Made by a program: the position numbers and the translations under genes. This document shows, piece by piece, positions 17,954-26,668 of a stretch of DNA of 64,000 bases. The stretch lies in IMG/VR virus record IMGVR_UViG_3300046519_000323, positions 24,040 through 88,039 of that record; one strand, written 5' to 3'. The notes beneath the pieces were generated by a model, which saw only the letters and a program-made list of their open reading frames with translations, was not told where the DNA came from and did not search any database. The first letter of the stretch is position 1. Every line of letters starts with the position of its first letter. This DNA is from a virus.

Positions 17954-19216
17954 TTAAAGTTCTAATGAATCGACTGATTCTGCAACATCTTCTTCGGTAC
18001 CATCTCTTTCATCTTCTTGTTTTTGTAAATTCAGTAAACCATTTTTTAACTGACACCATACGTAATAATCAAAATCAATAAGTTTCACATCATTCAATAG
18101 GCTTGGTTTGCTCTTTAACAATGTCGCAAGGATATCTTTAGCTAGCTTACGGTTACTCACTTCATCATCTGTTACCGAGCCAGAATAAAACTCGCTGTAA
18201 TCATTTAAGAATTGAGGACACGATACAAGGAAACCTATTTGTTTCTGAGTAAAGCTATCAATGCGATTTATATATTTAATTCGATCAGGATGTTTGAAGT
18301 GTGAACCATCATCACTGTAAGGCACTGCAGCTTTAAGTAGCTTAGTTTTAAAGGCAAGTAATTTTGCTTCTATCTTCTTCATCCGATCTGAAGCTTTATA
18401 TTCATAATTAAAACGTAGCCCAACGATACTACGGCCACTCTTAAGATTTTCGACCTTAGTGATATTGATATTCGAAAGGTCATTAATTTCTTTAATTGAA
18501 GGATTGATAATCCGCCGTTTTAAATTATCAATATCGTCATATGACGGCTTATCCTCTAAATCGAGTGAAAATTTTAAATCTTCAAGTGATATTTCTAATG
18601 TATTTGATTTCCACTTATTTTCTATCAGCATTCTATACAAACGCATTGAATAGAATCCATCGAGCTGTGTCACTTGTTTAAGCTCATGAGCAAAATAACC
18701 TAATATTTTTTCATCATCTGCGGTATCAACAATTACACGATAGAAGTATTCATAAAATTCAGGAGCAAAACGTATATCAATACTTTTATGCTTAGCAATG
18801 TATTTACAATACGTAATCATTGGAACTTTAGCTGGTTCAGGTGAATCAGGTTCTTTTACTTTCATTACTAACGGCTGAAATTTCGTATAAATACGATGAA
18901 GTGCTTTATCTGCAGTCTTCTCGATCTGTTGTAATTCTTTTTCATCGAGTTCAGTTCCTTCACCTTGCAAAACTTTCTTATGTGTAAGTTCAGCGTAATT
19001 ACGCGCTGATATACGTATCTTTGCAAGCGGGTCAATATTTCCTTGATTCTCTAATTCCATTTTGCGAATTACGATCATAGCTGCAAACATGAGTTTTTCT
19101 TGGTTAGGGTCATTGCTATAACTTGCATAAGCCATAGTATTACGCGTAACAACCAAAGAATCTTTTTTTACTCGTTTAGCTATAATCACTTCTTCTTTTT
19201 GTTCGGTCATGAACAT
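17954..19216 (-). CDS. plasmid replication initiator (Rep_3/RepB-like)
   Basis: 420 aa. N-terminus (VVTRNTMAYASYSNDPNQEKLMFAAMIVIRK) is typical of iteron-binding Rep_3 initiators. Thirteen iterons lie directly upstream. Confidence 0.7.
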   Translation of the reverse strand: MFMTEQKEEVIIAKRVKKDSLVVTRNTMAYASYSNDPNQEKLMFAAMIVIRKMELENQGNIDPLAKIRISARNYAELTHKKVLQGEGTELDEKELQQIEKTADKALHRIYTKFQPLVMKVKEPDSPEPAKVPMITYCKYIAKHKSIDIRFAPEFYEYFYRVIVDTADDEKILGYFAHELKQVTQLDGFYSMRLYRMLIENKWKSNTLEISLEDLKFSLDLEDKPSYDDIDNLKRRIINPSIKEINDLSNINITKVENLKSGRSIVGLRFNYEYKASDRMKKIEAKLLAFKTKLLKAAVPYSDDGSHFKHPDRIKYINRIDSFTQKQIGFLVSCPQFLNDYSEFYSGSVTDDEVSNRKLAKDILATLLKSKPSLLNDVKLIDFDYYVWCQLKNGLLNLQKQEDERDGTEEDVAESVDSLEL

Positions 19217-19325
19217 ATTCCCCCAAAAATCCTACTAATTTTCATTTTGTACGTTTATAGCATCTTTTCCGTATTAACACTTAATACTTTTTTGTATCTT
19301 TAACCGCAAAAATCGGGAAATTTAG

Positions 19326-19801
19326 AGACAAGTTGTACGGTTTTATGATTTGAAGCCCTCCCCTCTTCTGTTATTAAGACATGTTGTACGGTTTTAATGG
19401 TTTTATCCGCTAAATAAGTTATAAAAAAATGTGCTTTGCCATTAACTTAATCAAAAAAAAGCCTACTTTTATCGGATAAAGACAACTTGTACGGAATTAA
19501 AAACGGCGAGACATGTTGTACGGAAAAGCTATTTAGACCACTTTTAAGACAAAAATTAAGCTAATACCGTGAAATTAATCATAATTATATGAATTGTGGA
19601 TAACTATGTTAATAAAAATAGACGTATTGTACGGAGTTAAGACAAGTTGTACGGAATAAGAGACAAGTTGTACGGTTTCAAATACATGTTGTCGGGTTTA
19701 AATGACGTGTTGTCGGGTTTAAATGACACCTCGTACGGAGTTTGAGACATCTTGTACGGGCGTTAAGACATGTTGTACGGTAGATAAGACAAGTTGTACG
19801 G
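19326..19801 (+). repeat. oriV iterons: 13 copies of AGACA(A/T)GTTGTACGG
   Basis: Copies start at 19326, 19377, 19480, 19509, 19620, 19640, 19661, 19682, 19703, 19724, 19745, 19766 and 19787, all in one orientation. The last nine have a 20-21 bp period. Those at 19682, 19703 and 19724 are degenerate. Confidence 0.85.
19595..19603 (-). promoter_or_regulatory. DnaA box (TTATCCACA on minus strand)
   Basis: TGTGGATAA is a perfect match to the 9-mer consensus and sits between the two iteron groups. Confidence 0.6.
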
Positions 19802-19846
19802 AGTTTGTGCTATAACACAATGATTTATAAGAATTTATTCAACCTC

Positions 19847-19929
19847 CTAAAACCCTTCTAAAACTACCTAAAACCCTATCAAAACCTATCTAAAACATTT
19901 CTAAAACTTAGTTAAAACATTAATAAAAC
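19847..19929 (+). repeat. eight helically phased A-tract repeats (yTAAAAC every 10-11 bp)
   Basis: Copies start at 19847, 19858, 19868, 19879, 19890, 19901, 19912 and 19923. Predicted intrinsically curved DNA flanking the iterons. Confidence 0.7.
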
Positions 19930-19971
19930 CCTCACTATTTTTTTTAAATTCATTTTTAAATTTGTTTCTTT

Positions 19972-19999
19972 AAAAAAAGTATACCTCGATGGGTATACT
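19972..19999 (-). terminator. rho-independent terminator
   Basis: AGTATACC/GGTATACT stem followed on the minus strand by U7, after the stop of 20033..20221. Confidence 0.6.
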
Positions 20000-20032
20000 T
20001 TGAATTAGAAAACCATAAAAAGAAAATTATAT

Positions 20033-20221
20033 CTATTTCCTTATACTTACAGTCCCCTTTGCACCAGGATAAAGTTTGATGAGCGAAAGAATAGCTTCGC
20101 TGGCATCACAAGCGGTTATATCGCCAGTCTTTGTTATATAAGTACCATCTTTGAAATACTTCAGATAAAAGCTATATATCTTCTTAGCCTCAATTTCATG
20201 AAAATACCCCATTTCTCTCAA
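20033..20221 (-). CDS. hypothetical protein
   Basis: 62-aa ORF overlapping the upstream stop by 4 nt. Confidence 0.45.
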   Translation of the reverse strand: MREMGYFHEIEAKKIYSFYLKYFKDGTYITKTGDITACDASEAILSLIKLYPGAKGTVSIRK

Positions 20222-20625
20222 TTCCCCTTAACGCTTTTTTGACTATCTAAAGTCTGTTCAATAACCAACTTATTTCTTTGACGTAAATCGTAAGCATAAT
20301 ATGAATTTTTTCGTTTACAAACTTTGCATCGGCAACCAACAGCATAACCTGTGCGGCCATGATTAACGTTACTTGGTAACACGCCACTTTCTTTAAAAGA
20401 TGTTTTGGCATCTTGAAAGTATTTTTGATTGTTTTTAATAATTATAGGTTTCATCACCGTTTCATAAAAATTAAGACATTCGTCACAACGACACTTATAT
20501 GTCGTATATGCGTTTCTAGTACCGTGTTTAGACTGATCACTAACAAATTCACCCGTTAACTTAAAATGTGTCCGTAATCGTTCTACCGCTTTTCTATGGT
20601 TAAGTTTATTTCTTAATTTGCTCAT
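20218..20625 (-). CDS. Cys-rich protein with duplicated C-R-C-x2-C motif
   Basis: YKCRCDECLNF and GCRCKVCKRK repeats; basic protein. Confidence 0.5.
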   Translation of the reverse strand: MSKLRNKLNHRKAVERLRTHFKLTGEFVSDQSKHGTRNAYTTYKCRCDECLNFYETVMKPIIIKNNQKYFQDAKTSFKESGVLPSNVNHGRTGYAVGCRCKVCKRKNSYYAYDLRQRNKLVIEQTLDSQKSVKGN

Positions 20626-20638
20626 ATATAACTCTTAA

Positions 20639-20680
20639 TTGTTCAAATGTTCATTTAAACATATGTTCAAATGAACATTT
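20639..20680. repeat. TGTTCA/TGAACA octamer cluster
   Basis: ttgttcaaatgttcatttaaacatatgttcaaatgaacattt, immediately upstream of the 20625 start. Confidence 0.6.
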
Positions 20681-20684
20681 GAGA

Positions 20685-21560
20685 TTAAACAAAATCTGCT
20701 TTTAAAGGTGTAATCCCTTTTTCTAACAATAAGTTAAGGGATGTTTCATTCACTGGGGTTTTGGTATAGATCACTTCAGATAAACCATATCTTAATAAGC
20801 CGTTTAAACAATATTGACAAGGGATGTCATCAACAAGCGTACCAACTTCACCAATCTCGGCTGCAGCATTACCACTACTCAAATTTAAGCGTGCCATTGC
20901 AGCGGAATGTACGTAAGGAGTCGGATTATCACGCTCACATAAATGACTTTTGAGCATTCCGTCATGACGCGAATCAAAACCTAAAGAAATAATTCGATAT
21001 TTCGAGCCTAGCTTTTGATACACCAGACACGCACCCATAAGACCATAATTTGCATGGGAACGTACCCGTCTGAGTACAGACTCAAGCTCGTTTAATGAAA
21101 AATATTTATTTCTAATTTGGCTTTCTAATTCATCTTTAATCAAAATGTGTTTATGAAAGCCTGCATTAACTTCTTGCTCAACATAAATCATACCCGACTT
21201 AAGATTTTTAACACCGTATCTCAAGACCACATAACGCGAATCACCTTTAGCGTTACGCATCTTTCTTAATGAAACAGTAGATGTCTTTAAATATGCTGCT
21301 AGGGCTTTCTGACGTCCGCTACCTCGCTGCATCCAGCTTTTAAGACGTTTATGAACACGCACCGCTTGTTTTTCTTCGACCTCAATTAATTCCATTGTCT
21401 TTCTAATTTCAGACATGAGCGTGTTATCCACTTTATAAGTGAATATCATGGAGTGAAGGGTTTGACGCTTAATACCCAGCATTCTAGCAAGCTGGGATAA
21501 ACGGCCACGGCGCCGACAAAGCCATTTATTTAGATTTTTATATTCATTAAGTAAGTTCAT
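20685..21560 (-). CDS. HTH protein fused to a dCMP/cytidine-deaminase-like domain with a degenerate active site
   Basis: N-terminal HTH (LSQLARMLGIKRQTLHSMI). The C-terminal part has VHSAAMARL where deaminases have HAE, plus a PCQYC zinc motif followed by GLSEVIYT. Confidence 0.5.
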   Translation of the reverse strand: MNLLNEYKNLNKWLCRRRGRLSQLARMLGIKRQTLHSMIFTYKVDNTLMSEIRKTMELIEVEEKQAVRVHKRLKSWMQRGSGRQKALAAYLKTSTVSLRKMRNAKGDSRYVVLRYGVKNLKSGMIYVEQEVNAGFHKHILIKDELESQIRNKYFSLNELESVLRRVRSHANYGLMGACLVYQKLGSKYRIISLGFDSRHDGMLKSHLCERDNPTPYVHSAAMARLNLSSGNAAAEIGEVGTLVDDIPCQYCLNGLLRYGLSEVIYTKTPVNETSLNLLLEKGITPLKADFV

Positions 21561-22381
21561 GCAGTTAGTCCCGTAAATAAATCTGGTTGCTTTTCAGCTT
21601 GAGGGTTAATCCATAAAATTTCTTGCCTGCCCACTGAGCCATTTTGCCCCGAAGCTGCAACGGTTTTATTTACTTTCTTCCATCCCAATCGATCATATAA
21701 ATCATTGTCATAGCCACATAAGATCACTTTACCCTGAACATGCTGAAGTAACTTAATAAGTTCTTCATGTTGTTCATTAGTCATTTCATGCGTATAAGCA
21801 TCACCTCCCAATTTACGACAATCATGTAAATAAGGCGGGTCTAAAAAAAATAGTGTGCTGGGACGATCATGTTCACGAATAACTTGTAAAGCGTCCCTTT
21901 TCTCAACCATGACTTTTTTGAAGCGTTCTGCAGCTTGCTCAATTAAGTCACCTTGCCGATTCCAAATCGTTATAAGATCGGTGCAACCTCGTGCTGTATC
22001 TGATCTAAAACCTGTACTACTTTTCGTTGAGCCTGTGCTTCCGAACCCCATTTGTGCTTTAACGATTAAACGGCGTGCTCGTTCAATTTCATCGCTAGAA
22101 AATTCTTTTGCTGCAATAAATTCACTTCTTGAATAAGGCGTATGATCAATAACATGTTTCAAAATTTGAGATTTTTTCGGGCAACGTAATACCTTAAAAA
22201 AATTTACTATTTCATCATCAATATCGTTATAAACTTCTACCCGGCTAGGCGTCTTTTCTAGTAAGACTGAAGCCGCACCACCAAATGGCTCAACATAAGT
22301 TTCATGGTGTGGGAAAAACGAAATAATCCAGCTTGCAAGACGAAATTTACCGCCATGATAGCGAAGTAATGGATGTTGCAT
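21557..22381 (-). CDS. DNA N6-adenine methyltransferase (Dam-like, D12 class)
   Basis: Trimmed to MQHPLLRYHGGKFRLASWI.... Motif I EPFGGAASV and motif IV DPPY. Confidence 0.8.
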   Translation of the reverse strand: MQHPLLRYHGGKFRLASWIISFFPHHETYVEPFGGAASVLLEKTPSRVEVYNDIDDEIVNFFKVLRCPKKSQILKHVIDHTPYSRSEFIAAKEFSSDEIERARRLIVKAQMGFGSTGSTKSSTGFRSDTARGCTDLITIWNRQGDLIEQAAERFKKVMVEKRDALQVIREHDRPSTLFFLDPPYLHDCRKLGGDAYTHEMTNEQHEELIKLLQHVQGKVILCGYDNDLYDRLGWKKVNKTVAASGQNGSVGRQEILWINPQAEKQPDLFTGLTA

Positions 22382-22391
22382 TACATTCCCC

Positions 22392-23354
22392 TTATATGAC
22401 TTCGATAGTGCTGGTTTGGCGATAACTACCCCAATCGCAATTAACAACAAGAATGCGGCCACTTTCGAGAAAACGGTCAGCCGATCGGCTTCCTATTAAT
22501 TTTTCGAGCTCGGTATGAGCAATGTTTGATGTAATTAACGTCGGTAGTCGTTGCTTGTACCGAGCGTCGAGTATTGTTGTATAGGCTTCAAATAAATATG
22601 AACTTGACGCTAGGCTGCCCACGTCATCAATGCATAGGACAGGAACTCTGGAAAGATAACTGTAAATTTCTTTCGTAGTAGTTCTGCAGTCCTTTTTCCA
22701 AGTTTCCTGAATATCATTAATTAGCTGTGCTTCGGTGATGAATACACAACGTAATTTATTTTCATAATAAATATCGTTCACATGCTTTGTTTTGCACTTC
22801 ACTGACCGCTTGATGATGTTTTGCAGAAATATACTAGCCATGGCTGTCTTGCCTGCGCCCATATCTCCTGACAGAAGTATATTTCTGCTATCCACTGCCG
22901 TACCTTTGGCAATAATCGCTTGAAGTTCTTTAATCAGAGCACTGATAATTAATTTTTGTCTTGGGCTCTTAGTCACATCAAGAGCTTCAAAAGTTTGATG
23001 AATACTATTTTTGGGTATTTTAGCCTTTTTATATTCATCAAAGATTCTTTGATTTGTTGCATCCGTTAAAGCTTCATAATTCCCTGCAGAATTACACTCG
23101 TAACAAGTACCTTCAACAGATTTAGCAATCATTTGAGGTACTTGGATTTGATTAAATCCATGAACCTCACAGCCTACGCGGACAGATTGTACGGAAATGT
23201 GGTTTTGTATCTCCATTCCTTCTAAACGGTTTTCACGCTCTTTCAATTCTTTATCGCAAAAAGGGCAATTTGAATCACCACTGTTTTTGAACTTTCGGTA
23301 GATACCGTGCGAAGAACAGGTAAATTCATTGTATAAGTCAGCCATTGCACCCAT
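22392..23354 (-). CDS. DnaC/IstB-like AAA+ helicase loader with N-terminal zinc-ribbon region
   Basis: Walker A GDMGAGKT and Walker B LCIDDVG. CPFC and CYEC pairs in the N-terminus. Confidence 0.7.
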   Translation of the reverse strand: MGAMADLYNEFTCSSHGIYRKFKNSGDSNCPFCDKELKERENRLEGMEIQNHISVQSVRVGCEVHGFNQIQVPQMIAKSVEGTCYECNSAGNYEALTDATNQRIFDEYKKAKIPKNSIHQTFEALDVTKSPRQKLIISALIKELQAIIAKGTAVDSRNILLSGDMGAGKTAMASIFLQNIIKRSVKCKTKHVNDIYYENKLRCVFITEAQLINDIQETWKKDCRTTTKEIYSYLSRVPVLCIDDVGSLASSSYLFEAYTTILDARYKQRLPTLITSNIAHTELEKLIGSRSADRFLESGRILVVNCDWGSYRQTSTIEVI

Positions 23355-23357
23355 TTC

Positions 23358-24332
23358 CTAAAAACCTTCAAAGTTGAATAACTGGTCTTCAGGAACCTCA
23401 ACCGTTGGCACCTTCTCAGCTCTTTGATCTGAATTATTTAAGATGAACCGGCTAAAATCTTTAGAAGGTTTTTTAAAAGAGCTGTTTTGAGCAGGTTGGT
23501 TGTAATGATCTGAACTTCCTAAGGCTCTCATACGAGCGAAGTGTGCTCTTTGTCCAGCTGGTGAATGATGGATTTTCAAAAGAAACTTAATCAGATTATT
23601 TAAACGTTGATGATCATTCAAATTTTTATATTGATCATGGTTTGCGTTGAAATCAATAAGGTAGGTATCTAGTTGCTCTTGAGTTTGAATCATTGAGCCT
23701 AAACCTGCCATTTGTAAACGACCAAAAAATATTGGTTCTTTCAGTAGAACCCTGTATTTCTCAAGTAGTTCATTTCTTTTTTCCATGTCCCCTCCCCTAT
23801 TAATCTTATTAAAATTATTACTTCTTAAATCATTGTATTTATTAGTGGTGGGTTCACCGCTAACGGAAAAGCCGTTTTCGGCTTCAGCTTTGTTTTCATC
23901 AATATCATCAAAATTAAAGCCAAGTTGAGCATCAGAAAGCATTGCTTCTTGAGTATCTTCAGAAGCTCGATCTTCAGCTTGAGCTATAATTTTTGTGTCT
24001 ATTGGTGATTCAAAGATTTGATAGACAACTTTGCCAAAAGTGCCATCTTCATTTTTTAACTGAGTACGTTTGATATACCCAGCTTGTTCAAGACGGTTAA
24101 GCATGCCTTGAATTGCATCACGGCCTTCTTTACCCCTTTTTACTAGCGCTTGTATACAAACCCTGTGTTTGTCACCCCACGACAACAATTCAACAAGTAA
24201 ACCTTTATCGGCACGTTTTATATTCGGGTCCCGTAAAAGTTTGTTAGAGAGAACGGTATAAGGGTTTTCTTTGCTGTGCTCAGCACGATAGATGGTCCTT
24301 TGCAGAACATCCAGTACAGCCATATTGGTCAT
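23358..24332 (-). CDS. phage replication initiation / replisome organiser protein (O-like, winged helix)
   Basis: N-terminal winged-helix-like region. Position between the cro-like gene and the DnaC-like loader matches lambdoid O-P organisation. Confidence 0.55.
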   Translation of the reverse strand: MTNMAVLDVLQRTIYRAEHSKENPYTVLSNKLLRDPNIKRADKGLLVELLSWGDKHRVCIQALVKRGKEGRDAIQGMLNRLEQAGYIKRTQLKNEDGTFGKVVYQIFESPIDTKIIAQAEDRASEDTQEAMLSDAQLGFNFDDIDENKAEAENGFSVSGEPTTNKYNDLRSNNFNKINRGGDMEKRNELLEKYRVLLKEPIFFGRLQMAGLGSMIQTQEQLDTYLIDFNANHDQYKNLNDHQRLNNLIKFLLKIHHSPAGQRAHFARMRALGSSDHYNQPAQNSSFKKPSKDFSRFILNNSDQRAEKVPTVEVPEDQLFNFEGF

Positions 24333-24349
24333 TGTTAAATCCTAAAAAA

Positions 24350-24631
24350 TTAGTCCCGAAGAATCTGATCTACTTTTACAGCTCCCTTTGTCAGCTCTTC
24401 TAATGTCCGCGCAACGTTGTACGGAACAGGAACCTCCCCCGATAAATAACGACTAATAGTCCCCTGAGAACAATCAAAAGCTACAGCGGCAGCTTGTTGA
24501 TTACAGAATTGAATACGCACAGTTGTTTGAAACTTACGTAACTTCTTCTGATCTTCAGCATTTAAAGAATCAAATAATTCTTTACGTCGCTGAGCTAATT
24601 CAGCTCGTTTTATGTCTTTCAAGTTTTGCAT
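24350..24631 (-). CDS. Cro/YdaS-like HTH regulator
   Basis: 93 aa with HTH (AVAFDCSQGTISRYLSGEVPVP). Divergent from the cI-like repressor. Confidence 0.65.
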   Translation of the reverse strand: MQNLKDIKRAELAQRRKELFDSLNAEDQKKLRKFQTTVRIQFCNQQAAAVAFDCSQGTISRYLSGEVPVPYNVARTLEELTKGAVKVDQILRD

Positions 24632-24869
24632 AAATGTATCTGAAATAACTTTTATGTATTAAAGGATGCAATAATATGCGGAAATGTATAAATGTTCAAT
24701 CTAAACGTATAAATGTAAGTACGATTCTGTCTACTGGTATTTGATACGCATAATGCATAAAATTGACTTGGGTTTATACATTAATGTAAAAAGTGTGGTA
24801 TACGTATCACATTCCAAGAATGTATTGATTCATTTATTAAATTATAATTTTATGACCAGAGGAACTAAG
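24632..24869. promoter_or_regulatory. divergent immunity-switch region with multiple ATRCAT/ATGYAT half-sites
   Basis: Contains ATACATTAATGTAA (24776..24789) and at least six further ATGTAT/ATGCAT/ATACGT half-sites between the cro-like and cI-like genes. Confidence 0.6.
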
Positions 24870-25580
24870 ATGTCGCATAGTCTTAACGAACTTAATAATA
24901 AGAATGAAAGTATTGGGGATAGAATCACTCGGCTTTTGCTTGAGAGAAAATCTGATCAATATCAATTAGCTAATGAATGTAAAACAACACAAGCGACTAT
25001 TAGTAGAATTATGAGCGGTAAGGTTAGTAATAGTAAATTTTTGCCAGCTATTGCACAGGCTCTTAACGTTTCTGTCGGTTATTTATTATTTGGCGGAGAA
25101 ACAGACGCTCAAGTCGAAGAATACAGTACAGAGCAATTGCGTATACATCAAAATGATTTTATGCTTATCCGCAAGTATGAGAACGTATTAGAAAATAATG
25201 AAGATACGCATACAAAAAAGAAAGCAGAGGACATGTTGATGTTAAAGAGTTTAATTCCGCCGGGGTCTACTTCAGAAGATTTACGTTACATTTTGGTTCA
25301 AGATCATTCAATGTCTCCGAAGATTCCAATAGACGCAAGGGTTTGTTTTACAACGAAAGAGACAACTGTTATCGCTGGTAAAGCATATGCTATTAAGTAT
25401 GGTTCACTAGACGAACAGATTCGTTATTTATACCCTCAACCTGATGGCGGATTACGTATCCGTGTAACACCAGAGCAATCAGATGAGTTTCCAGAAATGA
25501 TCGTTCCGCCCACTGAGATCAAGGAAAAAATCTTTAAAGTGCTTGGTAGGGTTTTTAGTGTTACAAGCTCTTGGATTTAA
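24870..25580 (+). CDS. CI-like repressor (XRE HTH + S24 LexA-type peptidase domain)
   Basis: Trimmed to the ATG at 24870 (MSHSLNELNN) after GAGGAA. HTH QLANECKTTQATISRIMSG. The C-terminal part has HSMSP (Ser) and KVLGRV (Lys), typical of S24. Confidence 0.75.
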   Translation: MSHSLNELNNKNESIGDRITRLLLERKSDQYQLANECKTTQATISRIMSGKVSNSKFLPAIAQALNVSVGYLLFGGETDAQVEEYSTEQLRIHQNDFMLIRKYENVLENNEDTHTKKKAEDMLMLKSLIPPGSTSEDLRYILVQDHSMSPKIPIDARVCFTTKETTVIAGKAYAIKYGSLDEQIRYLYPQPDGGLRIRVTPEQSDEFPEMIVPPTEIKEKIFKVLGRVFSVTSSWI

Positions 25581-25600
25581 AATAATTTTTATAATCAATC

Positions 25601-25625
25601 AACGGGCGAAAAAGCCCGTTTTTTA
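25601..25625 (+). terminator. rho-independent terminator
   Basis: AACGGGC gaaaaa GCCCGTT followed by TTTTT. Confidence 0.75.
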
Positions 25626-25795
25626 TTGCCTAATACATTGAAAAATACGAAAAAATACAATGTTTTTAATTTTTTTGCGTTTTTTACAAATATTTACTAA
25701 AACTCTCGGGTATCTTTTTTACGTTTTTATGCATACTTGCATAATTATATACAGAAGTGTATATTTTGAATTATTCTTTATGTGGAATTAAAAGC

Positions 25796-26137
25796 ATGCA
25801 AAAAATAATCGATGTAAGTGAAAATAACCCTGAAGACCTGAATCATTTAACAGCTTCCCCTGCATCTCTTAATCAATTAAGAGATAAAGCAAAGTTCATA
25901 CTCGGCTTAGCTTTGGAAGTTGAGAAGTCTATTCGTAATTTAATGACCGCCCTCTTCGCTATTCGTATCGTCCAAATACTTACCTCTTTTGTGATTGTCA
26001 CTGCCTTGTTCTATGCATTTCTCATTTACGGTGTAGATGCCCAAGAAACAGAAAATCAAGGTCGCTATCAGGCTAATCAGAAATACATTCAATTGGTTGA
26101 GGCTAAAAACCCAGAGGGAATATATATTTCTAAGTAA
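25796..26137 (+). CDS. membrane protein
   Basis: Trimmed to MQKIIDVSENN.... Hydrophobic stretch ALFAIRIVQILTSFVIVTALFYAFLIYGV. Confidence 0.45.
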   Translation: MQKIIDVSENNPEDLNHLTASPASLNQLRDKAKFILGLALEVEKSIRNLMTALFAIRIVQILTSFVIVTALFYAFLIYGVDAQETENQGRYQANQKYIQLVEAKNPEGIYISK

Positions 26138-26190
26138 ATGTTCATTTGAACAAATAAACAAATGAACAAATGAACAAATGAACAAATGAA
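26138..26190. repeat. TGAACAAA octamer array, including four direct 8-bp repeats (AAATGAAC)
   Basis: aaatgttcatttgaacaaataaacaaatgaacaaatgaacaaatgaacaaatgaa. Confidence 0.7.
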
Positions 26191-26211
26191 TATAATAGGT
26201 TGCATTTTTAT

Positions 26212-26508
26212 ATGGCTCAACGTGAAAGTATAGTTTGTCCGGCTTGTGGCAATAGATTGTTTTATGCCTTGGAAGTAAGGGTTTTACAAAAGCGTTTAGT
26301 AGACCCTAAAACTGGGGCTCTTATGAAGAGAATCTCATCTAATGTTCTACCTACAGAATATGAAGAACATTTGTTATGTGAAAGTGAACAATGTCTTTTT
26401 GTAATAACCAAAGGCAACAATGATTATCACAATTACATGCATCTTTTTGATAAACCAAATACCTCTGATCTTAGTGTTTTCAAAAAAGCTGTATACACAA
26501 TTTTTTAA
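26212..26508 (+). CDS. zinc-ribbon protein
   Basis: Trimmed to MAQRESIVCPACGNRLF.... A second Cys pair lies at CESEQC. Confidence 0.45.
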   Translation: MAQRESIVCPACGNRLFYALEVRVLQKRLVDPKTGALMKRISSNVLPTEYEEHLLCESEQCLFVITKGNNDYHNYMHLFDKPNTSDLSVFKKAVYTIF

Positions 26509-26510
26509 TA

Positions 26511-26655
26511 AGTTCATTTGTTCAAATGAACAAATGTTCAAATAAACATTAACGGTACATTCTATTTTATTTAATCTGCAGGTTTGAGATTGCTCAAATA
26601 GATTGGTGAACATACAAACATTTGAACAAATGAACATTTGTTCAAAGGAACATTA
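26511..26655. repeat. two TGAACA/TGTTCA clusters upstream of erf
   Basis: 26511..26550 (agttcatttgttcaaatgaacaaatgttcaaataaacatt) and 26607..26655 (gaacatacaaacatttgaacaaatgaacatttgttcaaaggaaca). Confidence 0.65.
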
Positions 26656-26668
26656 GATAGGTGATTTT

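Noticed and set aside
19590-19612. Searched for XerC/XerD pdif-type sites (ATTTCGnATAA-N6-TTATGTTAAnT), which are common on Acinetobacter plasmids. CTATGTTAAT at 19603 was the nearest hit.
   Set aside because: No XerC-arm partner at the right spacing, and the sequence overlaps the DnaA box region. No convincing pdif site was seen anywhere in the window.
19326-19801. A regularly spaced repeat array that could be mistaken for a CRISPR array.
   Set aside because: The repeats are 15 nt with a 20-21-bp period (spacers of only about 6 nt). They are adjacent to a Rep_3 initiator and a DnaA box, and no cas genes are present. These are classic iterons.
26138-26655. The core of the TGAACA boxes (GAAC-N4-GTTC) equals the Gram-positive LexA/DinR Cheo-box consensus, which would suggest an SOS regulon.
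   Set aside because: The element otherwise looks gammaproteobacterial. The boxes occur as 8-bp direct arrays as well as palindromes, and they sit at partition and early promoters. The similarity is most likely coincidental, so they are reported only as a phage/plasmid motif family.
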